A DNA stretch of 64,000 nt, from the NCBI GenBank assembly GCA_964016885.1, contig OZ024744.1, positions 84,196,001 to 84,260,000 of the forward strand, read 5' to 3'. Shown in pieces: positions 13,522 through 28,601 of this stretch (its first letter is position 1; each line of letters starts with the position of its first letter). A program made the position numbers and the translations under genes. The notes under the pieces are model-generated. The model was not told the DNA's origin, ran no database searches, and saw nothing but the letters and a program-made list of their open reading frames with translations. Source of the stretch: Eledone cirrhosa (taxonomy: Eukaryota).

Positions 13522-14034
13522 CATCTTATTCATTTTGTAGAGATGGTGAGCTGTGGTTGTCATATTTTCTCTATGCCTTCAAATTATCAGCCGCTCTTAA
13601 GAATTATCTTAGGGTATGGTATGTGTGTGTATGGCAATGAATAGAGTTTGACTGAACAACGAATAATTAGACGGTTGCTTTCTGCCCTAAAATCTCATAT
13701 TCTGCCTATTACTAATTTCCCGATATTCTTCTTACAGCAATGGAGATATTCACCTAAACGAAATCACTAAATCACATCGATGCCAGAATGTTGTAGGTGA
13801 AAATGTACCGAAGCATATCAATAATTTTCATGAATATCTATCTCCCAACTTAGATATTTATAATTCCATTTTCTCAAATAGTATATTCACTATCTTCAAT
13901 ACGTCACAGACGAGTGTTTACTGTCTCCATAGGGATTGTGTGATGTGTGTAAAGAGGGAAATGATACATACGTTATCGACAACGAGAATGGACTGAGAAA
14001 AAAAATGAAGACATTCAGTAGGCGTCTTTTAGGT

Positions 14035-14253
14035 GTATATATATATATATATATATATTTATGTGTGTATGTGAGTGTGTGTGAGTGTGTGTGTACGTGT
14101 GTGTGTGTGTATGTATTATACACATATTTATATATTGTAAATATATATATATATTATATATATGTTTTATATGTATTATATATATATGTATATATATATT
14201 ATATATATTATATATATATTTGTATGTGTATATATATATACATATATACATGC

Positions 14254-14284
<31 letters not shown>

Positions 14285-14311
14285 TATGCATGTATATATA
14301 TGTATGTATAC

Positions 14312-14380
<69 letters not shown>

Positions 14381-14389
14381 CAATACATA

Positions 14390-14474
<85 letters not shown>

Positions 14475-16063
14475 TCACATATATATATACACACACACAT
14501 ATATATACATATATACATATACATACATAAATACATATATTCTCACGTGTATAGACATACTAAAACACACAGGTGTACATATATATATATGTGTGTGTGT
14601 GTGCGCGCGTGTTTGTGTGTGTGTATACGTCTGCCTAAGTGTATATGTATTCCATATATATTTCTAATTTAAAATTTCATCCACGTTGCATCCCCAGCTC
14701 CATATTTGTTTTTTGTTTTGTTTTTTTTTTGTTTTATTAAATTAATCTTTCTTTTTAACTTGCGTTTGTTTTATTTCTTCTTCTTCTTCTTCTTCTTCTT
14801 CTTCTTCTTCTTCTTCTTCTTCTTCTTCTTCTTCTTCTTCTTCTTCTTTTTTTTTTTCTTCTTCTTCGTCTTCTTCTTTCCTTCTTCTTCTTATTATTAT
14901 TATTTTCTTTTCCTTCTTTTTCTCCTTCTTGTTCTTGTTCTTGTTCTTCTTCTTCTTCTTCTTCATCATCTTCTTCTTCTTCGTCCCAATAGTAATTAAA
15001 ATAAATGTTAATATTTTTGTATCTGTTGAATTTGAAAGACAACAAACAACAACAACAACAACAACAACTACAACAACAACAACAACAACACCTACTACTA
15101 CAACAACAACAACAACAACAACAACTACAAGATCAACAACAACAACAACAGCAACAAACAACAACACCAACGACAAACAACAACAACAATAACAACATGA
15201 ACAACAACAACTGAAACGTTTGATGACAATTCGAGGGACAAGGAAAGCAGGCAAATTAAACATAAGGAAGAAGACGAAAGAAATATAATGAAAAAGAAAA
15301 TATCAACAACAACAAACATTTTTTTTTCATGAAACAAAAAAAGAAAAAAAAGCAGAACTTTTTTTTTTTTTTTTTTTTTTTTTGCATATGAAGAAAGGAC
15401 GTAGAATTAGACAAAATTTCGCGTCACGATCAATACCATCATCAGTAGCACCAACATTACCGAGAAAATTAAAAAGAAAATGATTAATAAGAAAAACATA
15501 TTAAAAACAAGTAAACTCTAGTACAATAATATTGAGAGTGTTAAGAAATAACTTTTTAAAAATGAAATTCAAGTTTTTTTGTTTTTTTTGTTTTTTTTTT
15601 GCTTGTTTGGTTTTTTTTTCTTAGTTTTTTTTAGGGTTTTTTTGTCAGGGGTTTCTTTTGTTGTTGTTTTTTGTTGTTTTTTTTTGTTTTGTTTTTCGGT
15701 AAACTTTTCTTTCTCAGGAATTTTCCTTCTGGCACATTGAATTGTTAGCTCAATAATTATACTCAGATATCGAAGTCGACAACAGCGAAAAACATTATCA
15801 TCATCATCATCATCATCATCCTCATTATCATTGTTATTATCATCGTCCTCATCGTCATCTTCATCTTCATCATCATCATCATCATCATCATCATTATCAT
15901 CATCATCATCATCATCATCCTCATTATCATTGTTATTATCATCGTCCTCATCGTCATCTTCATCTTCATCATCATCATCATCATCATCATCATTATCATC
16001 ATCATCAGCATCATCATCCTCATTATCATTGTTATTATCATCGTCCTCATCGTCATCTTCATC

Positions 16064-16116
<53 letters not shown>

Positions 16117-16204
16117 AATTATCATTGTCATTATCATTGTCATATTCATCATCGTCATCTTCATTACCATCTTCATCATCATCATCATCAGTCATATTCA
16201 TCCC

Positions 16205-16265
<61 letters not shown>

Positions 16266-16512
16266 GTCGTCGTCGTCGTCATCATCATCATCACATCATT
16301 ATCATCACCACCATCATCATCATCATCATCATCATCATAATCATTACCGTTGTTCTCGTTATCATCATCGTCGTCATTATCATCGTCATCCTCATTTTCA
16401 TTGTCATCGTCATCAACAACAATGACAACATCCTCATCAACAATAACAAGAACAACAACTGTAACAATAAAAACAAAGCAACAACGGTAGTAACTCGTCT
16501 ATTTTGTAGTAG

Positions 16513-16569
<57 letters not shown>

Positions 16570-16684
16570 ACAACCACAATAACTACGATACCGACAACAA
16601 TGACATCAATCGAAACAACAACTCAACAATAAAAACAACAAGAGCATGAACTGTAATAAATAAAAGAATAGCAGCAGCAGCAGC

Positions 16685-16731
<47 letters not shown>

Positions 16732-16760
16732 CCATCACAACAACAACAAAAATAACATGA
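14035..16760. repeat. Compound microsatellite field: (TA)/(CA), (TTC)n, (CAA)n, (CAT)n with a ~99-bp higher-order unit in three copies (about 15795-16110)
   Basis: Directly visible. Confidence 0.95.
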
Positions 16761-17692
16761 ACTGTAATATTTAAAAGAACCTAGCAACAGAAACAACAGC
16801 CAACGACAATATAAACAGTAACAACAGCAGCAAAAGAAAACGCCTTTTCCATCTTGTCCTGTGGGGCGGCCAGCAGGTGGGGGCCCCATTTGCTCACAAA
16901 TACAGAGAGAGGGAGAGGGTGAGTGTGATGGAGGCAGTGGCGGTGGGAGTTCGGCTCTTCCAGGTTCGGACAGATTGCACCTGTCATGTGAATCATGAGC
17001 TTAGTTGATTCTAGCTTAGTTTCCTATTAGCGAAGTATTGAAACACTAGCACAAACGGCATAAAAAAAACGTTACCTCTTACAAACGAATGCCAAAAAGA
17101 TTATATTTCGAAAATACCGATGGCTCTTCCAGCGCATCTCCCTTACCATCCTCCGGGGAAACGCCTTCTCCATTCTGTCCGCCGGGGTTGTGGGGCGGCC
17201 ATCACGTGTGACACCATTTGCTCACTACACAGAGATGGGGGGGGGGGGGTCGATATCGGTGGGAGTTCGGCTCTTCCGTGTTCGGGACACATTGCACCTG
17301 TCAAGAGTGTACTTTCATACTTGTGGCCACGGACATTGTTAACACTAAATATATTACCAGAAAACAAAGGACAGTGGAAATAACAACTGTGACAACAGCA
17401 ACAAATGACAACTGCCAAACAAGATTCCAATCACCATGTTTTTTTTTTGTTTTTTTGTTTTTGCTTGTTTGTTTGTTGTTTTTCAGGGGGATGGAGGTGT
17501 GGGGGGGGGGGGGGGGGTCCAGATGGACAGATGAAATATAATGATACATAGCAAACAAAACTGTTAGTATTAGAATATTGAAATTTTGTGTCATGATCCT
17601 GCAATATAAAATGAAATTCTTCATAATGAATAGAAATACTTTTACTCACTGTACCATGTATTACATTTGACATTATTGGTAGAGCTTCGAGG

Positions 17693-19427
17693 GTGGTGGA
17701 TTGGCAGTATCGGTAGAGGGTCGGACGCCATGCTTTGACGCATAGAGTTACGTCCCTTGCCATTCTGAGTTCAAATCCCGCTGAGGTTAACTTTGCCTTT
17801 CATCCTTACGGGGGTCGATAAAATAAAGTACCAGTAATACACTGGGATAATTGCTGGCCTTATGCCAAAAGTAGAAACAATTATTGGTAGAGCTTCGGAA
17901 AACAGGGTTGCAGCATAGAGTTAAGGACTCAATTAAGTCCTGGCCCTTCTAGGTTCTGATTTCAAATTCGGCGGAGGTCACCTTTGCCTTTCCTCCCTAC
18001 TGGATCGATAAAATAAAGTACCAGTAACGAACTGGGGTCGATTTAATCGACTTTCCCCTTTCCCCAAAAAAATTACTGGCCTTGGACCTAAAGTAGAAAT
18101 CATTATCTGTAGAGCGTGAGACAACATGCTTTGCAGCATAGAGTTATGGCCCTATATGTTCTGAGTTCAAATCCCGTCGAGGTTACATTTGCCTTTCATC
18201 CTTACGGGGTCGACAAAGTAAAGTACCAGTAATGCATTGGGGTCGATTTAATCCACTTTCTCCTTCCCTTCAAATTGCTGGCCTTGTGCCTAAAGTAGAA
18301 ACAATTGTACTACAGTGGAAGTATACGAGTAGAAGAAGGTCTCTTTACGTTTGATCGTAGGTTTATTTGATCCTGTCTGACCGAGTACTAAACCGATGTA
18401 TAGTATAGGCGGCGAATTAGCTGAGTCGTTAGAACGTCGGATAGAATGCTTTATGGTATTCATTCCAGCTCTCTGCGCTCTGAGTTCAAATCCAGCCAGG
18501 GTCAACTTCGCCTTTCATCATTTCGATATCGATAAAAAAAAAGTACCAGTCAAGTACTGGAATCATTTTTCCACTCTCTGGATGAAATCTGCTGTAGTCA
18601 GGCTTGGAGAAGGATGCGCGCACTTATGACTCTATCAGGATTTACGGGACCAGATCATACCATAGTATACTAAACTAGAATATATTTTCCCCACCTATTG
18701 TAGTCATATGTCAAAACTGTCAACTTTAGTAAATATTGTTTCTACTTTTTTCGCACAATGCCAGCAATTACCCCAGTACATTACAGGTGCTTTATTTTAT
18801 CGACCTATTAAGGATGAGAGGCAAAGTTAACCTCGGTGGGAGATGAACTCAGAGCGTAAAGAGCCATAACTCTACGCTGCAAAGTATGGTGTCTAACGTT
18901 CTACCAAATACTGATAATCCACTGCTCTTTAGTAAATATTGCAACCACTCCATATACTACATTATTACACTATACTAAAGCACGTTAATATGGTATAATA
19001 CAACGCTATACTACAACACTACACTATAAAGCAACGCTATACTACAACACTACACCATACTATAATACAACAGTATGCTACAATACTACACTATACTACA
19101 ACAGAACTCTACTTAGCCATTATTCTCTTTAATATTTCAGGTCTATTACACACAAGATATATTTATTTAATTCATAATTATTTTTGTTCATAACTTTATT
19201 GACTACAATATTAATAACAAGTAGTAGAAAGATATGTTTTTCTCGGTCAGGGTTGAAGATTGCTCTAAATATATCTAACACTATGCATAGCGGTATCGGT
19301 AGAGGGTCGGACGCCATGCTTTGCAGCATAGTGTTACGGCCCTTTTGGAGTCTCAGTTCAAATCCCACCGAGGTTAACTTTGCCTGTGATAATTGCTGGC
19401 ATTGTGCCAAAAGTAGAAACAATTATT
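17693..19427. mobile_element. Cluster of SINE family 1 copies (+ about 17693-17884, 17905-18105, 18110-18305, 18408-18560, 19291-19427; - about 18735-18925) with an (ATACT)-like pentamer tract at about 18950-19100
   Basis: Repeated matches to the family 1 head, core and tail. Confidence 0.85.
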
Positions 19428-20426
19428 AGTACTTATTCCATAAATGGAATGGACCTCCACCGACTTCAACGATGTGTGTTCCAGTTGTTTGATCAACAGA
19501 ACAACCCCCGCGTGAAATCTACGTGCAGGTAGCTGAGAATTCCACAAACGCATGTACTTTAACGTAATTCTCAGAGAGATTCAGCATTACAGTATGTGGC
19601 CTATTGAATTACAGGTACAATTCATTCGAACGGCTTGAACACAATTTTCATTTACCTAATTTAATTCACAAAGTCTGTGTCGACCCAGGACAAATGACAT
19701 TAGCCCAAGATATCCCGCAGTAGGATCGAACCACTGGCTCGATTTAAAGTAATAAATCAATAAAAATAACAAACCTATATCGGGCAAATAGCCTATGATA
19801 CCCGGACAGATGTAAATCTGTTTCCCAAGGATTATTAAGTGAAAACCAGAATTCCTGTGCTCTTCTGTGGGTATCCAGGAAAATTCGAATCTTTCACTTC
19901 AAAGGATCTAAGGAGACTGAACGATGCACGGGTATAAATGCACATGTTACAGCGCCTAACGCGCCTCATACTCATGCCGCTAAAAATAGCAGCTGGGTTT
20001 ATGAGACTAAAGTTAGCTCTACATACGGAGCCGAGAATATCATAGATTGAGTTAGAAACTCAAAATAGTCTTTTACAATTAAATAGCTCAAAGAAGGGAA
20101 TGTTTCCGAGCCGTGTAATATAATTGGATATATGAGAGGGATGAACCCCAATACAAGTATACATGTGTTCCAATTGCAAATGACCAAGTTAGCTACGTTG
20201 AAAAATACTAATTTAAAACAATATGGTTTGCCTGACTCGATTTAACATAACAGATTCATGTCTGTCCGGGTATAAAAGGCTATTTGCCTGATATAGGTTT
20301 GTTATTTTTATTGATTTATTACGTTAAATCGAGTCAGGCAAACCATATTGTTTTAAATTAGTAGCTAAGTTGGTCATTTGCAATTGGAACACATATATAG
20401 TTAATCTGTGTTCATCTCTCTCATAT

Positions 20427-20563
<137 letters not shown>

Positions 20564-20582
20564 ATGTATCTATGAACGTGTG

Positions 20583-20629
<47 letters not shown>

Positions 20630-20641
20630 ATATGTATCTAT

Positions 20642-20701
<60 letters not shown>

Positions 20702-20890
20702 ATGTGAGTGTATGCGTGCGTGTGTGTGTTCACAGAGAATATTCGAGACAGAAACAGAATACTAATAGTATCACAATGCTATTATTGTTATAAGAAAATT
20801 AAAAAGATTATTTAAGTATGTAAGTATTTGTAACCTGAACAGTTTTGTTTCTACCTTCACCTTTCGGAGATAATCTTTTCCTACTACAAA

Positions 20891-20994
<104 letters not shown>

Positions 20995-21000
20995 ATCTAT

Positions 21001-21440
21001 CGACCGGACGTGCGGTAGATCGTCGGTAAGTTTTTGTAAAATTTTCTATACAAAAACAGAATTTATTGTGTGAAAATTTATATTGTTTGATAGATTAACA
21101 CCCAGACTGAATTGTCAGCTGGGTGGTAGTCTCAGTTTCCGCCCCACAGGGGCGGGCATTTTATTTGAAAAATTTTCAAAAATTTAATATTTTTGCTATT
21201 GATAATGGCTAGCTTAGTAAAAGCAACGCTACCGAACGCTAACGAAGAAAGTAGAGAGAGAAACGCAGAGGGTAACGTTACCGTAACTTCTGCCTACATA
21301 GGCGTCACTATGGAGACAAATAGTGACAACAAAGTTTTGTTATGCCAAGAAGCCGAAATATGCAACTTACAAGATGGACCACACAGCTTTCAACAGACAT
21401 CAAAAACCACAAAAAATGAAATACTACAAACGGAAAACCG

Positions 21441-21479
<39 letters not shown>

Positions 21480-24400
21480 CACAAAAAATAACTTTTAAAG
21501 AAATAGTCACAAATAATAATAACGTTACATCTAATGCCGCATGTATTGGCGTCACCATGGAAGCCAATATGGACAACAAAAATAAAAACAAGATCGAACC
21601 ACACATAGTGCAAGAGACAGAAAAAACAACAGAAAATAAAACCATTGATACAACTACAAACGGAAAAACCGACAACCACAACAACAACAATAACAACAAC
21701 ACAAAAAGAACTTTTGCGCAAACAGTCATCAAGAAACAAGAGTTCAAAGATCTCGATATCTCCAATGCGAAACAGATGCTCTCTGAAGCAAACGAGTTTA
21801 TCACTTCCGGTGAAAACGGTGGATTTCAGATAACCCCCCCCCCCCCCTTCGCCCCAGAAATTCATCTGGAAACATTTCGAAGGACTATTACCTTCAGATC
21901 AGAACTGTTTCAAATGAAACAAAACGACCAGCATTCCTCAGTCAAGGGGAAATTGAGGCAACCTTGAAGGAAATATTGCCAAACATTGACTTTAAGAAGA
22001 GGGCCAATCAGTACGGGAGTATTTCGGTACTCCTCAAAAGCGAGGCCCTTGCACAAAGATACTCAATGACGCCAATACTGTCACAAAAATACACCTTATT
22101 CCCTACATTCCTGGGAAAAAGGACACAAAAAATCAGAATTACAAACATACCACCAAATATTAATATTTGGTGGATATTGGCAGAATTTTTAGAGGAGAGA
22201 AAAGACACCATTATCTCCATCAAAAGGTCAACCCGACATACGTGGTCTGGTACAAATTTGGAGATTCTGGTGCAAATGAGCCCGGAAAAAATCTCCAAAA
22301 TACCAGAAAAAGTGCTGGTGGACAATAACAGCCACATAAGCATTTCGGATGAGGGATGAAAACCACATTGCTTTCGTTGCAATAGCACCACACACCTAAA
22401 GGCCTCCTGCCCTTTACAAACACGCTCAACCAAAACAATACAAAGGAAAACACTGTTACCAACGCCAACACCAAACAACCACCACCACCACAACAACAAC
22501 ACACGAAACAAGCAACCACACCAAAACCAACAAGCCACTCAACCAACAACAACAGAAAAAATACAGACAACACCCCTGAAGAACACAGCCCCACCTCATC
22601 CCGCTCCACCAAACACTACCATAAACACACACGGAAACACCAGCACCACACAACATACCCCTACCCCACACTCCTGACGATGATTATTCATCGACAGATG
22701 AGGCTGCTTCTTATTTAAGTGAAGAAGAAGGAGAGTCTCGGAAATTTAAAAAAAACGAAAACAAGAGACACCACAAAACCCCCAAAACTCCAATCACCAA
22801 CACACAACCACAGACACAAACACAGACACAAACAACATCACAATCAAACATCCCCCTACCAGCAAAACCAACACCAACACCACCCCAAACACAAGCACCC
22901 ACCATAAAAAGAAAACTGCCGAACGAACAACAAACAATAGCAACACAACAAAAACACAAACAACAATACGCATACATCAACACAAACAACAAGAGTTTGA
23001 TGGAGGTCATCTCCAAAAACCCCAAGGTGGAGACGGAGGGCAAATCTTTCGTTAAAGCAGAATCGTCTCCACACCTTAAACTTATAAGGGTTTCTATGGA
23101 GACCTATAGTAACCTGAAGAACAAATTTTCGCAGGACATTGGCAACCCCTGCCAGAAACCCATCAACCGCGTCCTGTTAAAATGTTTCCCCACCCCACCC
23201 CACCCCTTCCAGCACCCAAATGTAGATTGAACAACCCGATCTCCAGGAAACGAAAAGGTAAGTGCACCATTTCTTTATGTATTGACTCTAGAGACACTAC
23301 TGCGGAAATTGGAGCTGTTGCAGGGCATCCCTCAAGAACCAGGACTGCGCAAAGCGGCGTTGGCCTATGCCGACGACGTGACGGTAATGGTGTCAAGCAC
23401 CTCGGAAATCGGGGTGATCGGCAACTTATTGAAAGAATACGAAACGCTGACGGGAGCAAAACTAAACCCGGACTAGTCTGTCGGTTTGCAACTCGGTACG
23501 TGGAGAGGTAAACCGGTGACGTCCGACAGCGTCGTTGGACGCTAGACGGAAAGGACCGGTGAAATTGATCGCGGTCTGGTTCGGTGCAGACCTCCAGGTG
23601 GAGACAAGCTGGAACGAGGTCAAGTGCAAACTGTCCTTGAAAGGTCGAGAGGAGGTGGCGAACACTTTCATAGCGTCCGTCATCTACTACCGCTTGACTG
23701 TCGTGCCTTCTCCCCGTGAACACCTCGGCAAGATGGAACGCATGCTCTACCAGTTTCTGTGGAGGAAGCAGGCTCCGCTGGTGAGGAGATCCGTCTGCTG
23801 TCAGCACCCTTCCAACGGAGAGCTGGGAATGCCGTGCTGATGAAGCGCAAACATGCGCTGAGGCTACGGCATCTCCAGGTATTCCTCACCGACCCCCAAC
23901 CGGTGTGGGCACCGTTTGTGAGACAGGCTTTTCCTACAGCTCATCTCGCTGACGGAGCTGCAGTCCTGGGTGAAGAAAAGACCGAAAACGATGGGCGCCT
24001 GGCACATTGAATGCGCTCAGGCGCTCACAGTCCTCTGGAAAGCGGGCGCAGCAATCAGTAGATAATCCACTTCGACATTCTATAGAGGGATTGTACCTTA
24101 CAAGGGCGACGACATGCTCGGAGAGACTCTGGGCGTCGAAGACGATGAGCTCACCAGTCTGTTTGGTAGGACTTTCCGCCCGGGACCTATGGACAACTTC
24201 CAGAAGTCCCTGGCTTGGCAGTGATACCGAGGAGCTCTACCGGTTCGTGATAAGATCCAGAGGCACGGACGCCCCGGCAGGGATCTTTCCAAGAGGACGT
24301 GTCCAAGATGCGCGCAGGACATTGAAACCATCCTGCACGCAATTGTACACTGCCCGGGCGTAACCGACATGTGGAACTATGCAGAACAACTGCTGTCGCG

Positions 24401-24960
24401 TATGGGACAAATCCAGTTGACAGCCGAGTCCATAGTAAGGATCAAACCACCAGCCTCCTTCAAAAACGAAAGAAAGGCGGTTTTCCTCGGTACGGTGGCT
24501 ATGGTGAAAGAAGTTATATGGTGGACGAGATTGAGAGGACTGAGGACAGATGCCTTTCTCTCCGGACAACAATTGATTTTCTTCTTTAAGTATCAATTTA
24601 GAAGGAGAATCAGAGTGGAGAGAGAGGCACTGCCCCCCAGTAAATTTACTGAAAGGTGGGTGAATGAAGCGAAAATGTCCCGAGTGATTGGGCCTTCTCT
24701 GTTTATAAGCCTGTAGGTTAAAGATAAGAGCAAAAGGAAGAAAGGAGCACTTGCACAACACGCTCCTGGAGTTGAGAGTTGTTCTATCGATGGGGTATTA
24801 AACAACCAATTTGTGGCGCTTCCCCCCTATTGAGGACTTCGATTGTTGTAATTGTTTGTTTTATATTTGTTACACGACTGTATGTAAAATCCCCGGCATG
24901 TCTTTGTAATGTCCCCTTTTCTTGTGCGCCCTTGTGAAAAATAAAGAAATCTATCTATCT
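21001..24960 (+). mobile_element. L1/Tx1-type LINE, subfamily A, internally deleted (no endonuclease or N-terminal RT)
   Basis: ORF1 remnants 21205-23261 with CCHC knuckle CFRCNSTTHLKASC (about 22367-22410). Direct jump at about 23268 into RT (LYVLTLETLL..ALAYADDVTV), then C-terminal CPRC..ET..H...C Zn motif and stop at about 24716. 3' AATAAA (24940-24945) plus (ATCT)n tail. Starts right after a (CT)n tract. Confidence 0.88.
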
Positions 24961-25322
24961 CTGGGATGGACATATGTGTTAAACTTGCTCGGTAAGTTTT
25001 GTTTAAATTTCTTTAGAAATTCGTCATTGTGAACTTTTATTTTTATATCAATTTGTAGAGGGACTGACATATCAAATTTTGATCTGGTCAGACTCCCAAA
25101 ATATCGTGCCCCTCAGGGCAAAAACATCAAGCATACCACCACAATCACAAACCCCAACTACAAAAAGAAAACTACAGACAGAAACAGTACACATAAAAAG
25201 CAAAACACATTACACATACATAAAAACAACAAAGAACTAGTAGAAACTGTCCGAAAGGACCCTACTATCCAAAAGGAAGGGAAAAACCTTCCCCACCAAC
25301 GACACTCCCAAACCTCAAACTG
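24961..25322 (+). mobile_element. 5' UTR/ORF1-start fragment of a related Tx1-type LINE in tandem
   Basis: Begins right after the ATCT tail and shares TCGGTAAGTTTT (24989-25000 vs 21023-21034) and the AC-rich ORF1 composition. Cut off by the RLE element. Confidence 0.55.
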
Positions 25323-25324
25323 CG

Positions 25325-27370
25325 ATGTCGGTGGTGCGACAACTTAGGGGGAATATGGCTACAGTCTGGCTGGACTACAGGAAAGCTTTCGATTCTGTTC
25401 CCCACTCTTGGATGATAGAGGCCCTCCAACTTGCTAAAGTCCCAGACATTATTATCAGATCCATAGAGAGGCTGTCTTCTTCTTTGTGCTACTATCCTAA
25501 GGTTAAAACAGAGAGAGAGGATTCTATTTTCACTGATAAAATAACATATTGCAGGGGTATATTTCAGGGGGACAGTCTCTCTGTGATATTATTCATCTTT
25601 TCATTAAACCCCTTGTCCTTTCTGCTCAAGAAATGTGAGGGATACATCATTGGCTCACAGGAGGACAGAAATACGAACCTAACCCATAATTTCTTTGTGG
25701 ACGATCTGAAACTCTATGCCAAGAACATGGATGGGATGAAGAAAAATCTTGACCTGGTTCTCAAAGGATATAGTAATGGAGTTTGGCCAAGATAAATGCT
25801 CATACATGACTGTAAAGCGAGGGAAAACAACAACCCAACCTAGCAACATTGTCATCAATGGCCTAACAGTTTCAGCGATATCTGATGAGGACTGCTACAG
25901 ATACCTGGGGATAGATGAGAACATATACTATAATGGTATCTGTAATAAAGAACGCGTAACCAGGGAATACTACACCCGATTAAGAAAGATCTGGTCATCG
26001 GAACTCTCTGCGCAAAACAAAACAGAGTCTCACAATGTGTTTGCTGTGCCTGTCCTAACACCAACGTTTGGAATACTCAATTGGACGATAGACGAAATCC
26101 GAGCAGTTGATGTTGGAACTCGAAAAATACTAAACAACACCGGAAACTTCCACATCAACAGTGACAAAGACCGCCTTTACTTAAAACATAAGCAGGGAGG
26201 CAGATGCCTAACATCAGTCCAGACAGCATTTGAATGTCGCATCATATCTCTCCGACAACATCTACGAACCTCGAAGCGTAGGAGCCAGTCTCTCGAGCAA
26301 GTCTATCTGCATGAAACAGATAAGATCATGAGAGTCGGGAAGGAAATCCTCGAAAGATATTCCCTGTGTGATAATCAAAAACTCACACCCAGGGAAGTCG
26401 CTCAGCAGTATCGCAGTGAATCCATGGATTAAAAACTACATACTTATCAGCAAAAGATCATGCATGAATATGTTGCCAGGAAGCTCCAGAGTGAGAGTAA
26501 TATAGATAAGGAAAGTAGTCTATCTTGGACCAACAACCGCTATATTGGCTCCCACTTTGAAGGATACGCTTTTGCAATCCAAGAACAGGAGATTAACACG
26601 AAATACCTCATTCACAAAAGAGATAGGGATGCAGGCAAAACACCTAGATGTGATAACAAGTGCAGACTCTGCAAAACTAACATCGAGGATATCACCCATG
26701 TCATCAGCAGCTGTCCAAAGATGTCATCGCGGTACTATCTATCTATGAGGCATGATGTAGTGGCCAAAACACTGTACAATGCAGTTCGTAAAAAAGATAG
26801 CCCCGATAATAAACACATTAAAAACTACAACAATGTGGAAGACATCCATGTACATAATATGAAAGAGTACTGGTGGAATGTTCCAGTAAAAACCCCAATA
26901 AAATGCAGGCATAACTGACCAGATATTATGATATGGGACATATTATGATATGGGACTGATTACACCTTCAGATTTATGCCTCAATACAACTCTTGAGAAG
27001 CTAGGCTTCACAGGAACAGAAAGAACACAACTAGTTAGGAAATTACAAGTACAATCCATTAATGGAACAGTAAAAATATGTAAAACTTTCCAAATATTTT
27101 GCATCTAATAATTGCATATACACACGTACAGATACAAAGCATATACACATGCACACATACAACTCAAAACATCCACATCCACACATACAATAAGATCCAT
27201 ATCTACACATTAATGCATACATAATCTACCTAGTTGATGTTGTATAAATTCCAATGAGAGAGTCTTGTGTCTATGTTAGAAACCGACTCTCTCTCTATTA
27301 GGAAAAAATGTGTGAAATTGTAAAACCAGAAGAACATACGTACATACACAAATACATACATGCCTATATC
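25325..27370 (+). mobile_element. 5'-truncated RLE-type LINE (R4/Dong-like): RT, CCHC, restriction-like endonuclease; frameshifted
   Basis: VWLDYRKAFDSVPHSW, RGIFQGDSLSVILF, FFVDDLKLYA, YRYLGI, AIQEQEI.TK, CRLCKTNIEDITHVISSC, MRHDVVA, then PDI (about 26919). Confidence 0.88.
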
Positions 27371-27414
27371 GACAATAAATATAGGCTTTGTAAAACAAAG
27401 ATTTAAGATGTTAG

Positions 27415-28150
27415 CCACATTGTTGCCAACTGCGAAAGAATGTCGTCTAGCTACTACCTCCCTATGAGACACGATGTGATAGCCAATACCATCTGCAACG
27501 CACTTAGGAAAAGAAGATTAAAATCAAATGATGAGGAATATATTGAGATAGATGGTACTAAAGAATACTGGTGGGACCTGAAAATAAAAACTGCCACCAA
27601 ATTAAACCACAACCGGCTTGATATTGTTATTTGGGATCACACATTGAAAACGTGCTCTGTTGCAGAAATCTGCTGCCCACTTGATGTCAACGTTGTAAGA
27701 AAAATACAAGAGAAGGAGGACAACTACGGATCATGGGTGAGGAGTTTGCTGATCCAGTATCTAAGATACACCTTCAGCTTCATACCCGTCATTATTTGAG
27801 CTTCATGTTATATACCGCTTGGATCAAAGTATGAATGAACTTGGATTTGTAGACAAGGAGCGCAGCTCACTAATTCATAGACACCAAATAGCTGCGATAG
27901 AGGCACCTTCAAAATTTGCAAAACATTCTTGCGATTCAAGGGATGACAATTTCTTTTCTTTTACAACCTTTCCACCAGGAACGTGGCTGGTCAAAATTGT
28001 ACTCGAAATTAAGAGAAAGAGAAGCATATATACATACATTCCAGTTCACTATTCCAGTTGTTCGAATAACGTATCAGCCTGCTTATAAAACCAAAGCGTT
28101 AGTGTTACAGACACATGGTCCACATTGAACTAGACATACAAGAACAATAA
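27415..28150 (+). mobile_element. Second, divergent R4/Dong-like 3' fragment (RLE domain and 3' UTR)
   Basis: YYLPMRHDVIA...EYWWD.KIKT..KLNHNRLDIVIWD......AEICCP.D.N...K..EKEDNY, i.e. the PD-(D/E)xK-type RLE region, paralogous to 26720-26940. Confidence 0.8.
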
Positions 28151-28456
28151 AAACTTATAGTGATGCTGAAAATACGCTTTTACGGCGTATTAACCGATTT
28201 GTTAGAGCGCCAGATGAAATACTTTGAAGCATTTCTTCCAGCTCCTTTGATCTTGAGTTCAAATCCGATTGAGGTCAACTGTACGTTTCATGTTTCTGGG
28301 GTCAACAAAATAGAATACCAATTGTAGCTAAATTAGAAACAATTGCCTTCGCTATAAAGAAGTTAGATCAAGTTGTAAGGATAGACATGACAAATGATGC
28401 CTTTTCCCATCTACGAATTTAAACTGTTATTGGTTATTGCATATAGAAACGATTTA

Positions 28457-28540
28457 TACAGGCCTAGAACTGTTTCGTTTGTATGAAACCATTGTCCCTG
28501 ATGATTTCATATGAACGAAACAGTTCTAGTCTTGTAGACG
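28457..28540 (+). ncRNA. Truncated hammerhead motif with inverted partial copy
   Basis: CTGATGA 28498-28504, stem II TTCAT/ATGAA, GAAA 28517-28520, stem III CAG-TTCTAGTC-TTG, TA. Stem I is weak. 28457-28488 is an inverted copy. Same family as 41530-41594. Confidence 0.5.
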
Positions 28541-28548
28541 TCATTTAC

Positions 28549-28601
<53 letters not shown>

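Noticed and set aside
15569-16476. Poly-Asp/Met/Ser ORFs resembling an acidic biomineral or nucleolin-like protein
   Set aside because: (CAT)n microsatellite open in several frames on both strands, with no non-repetitive coding context.
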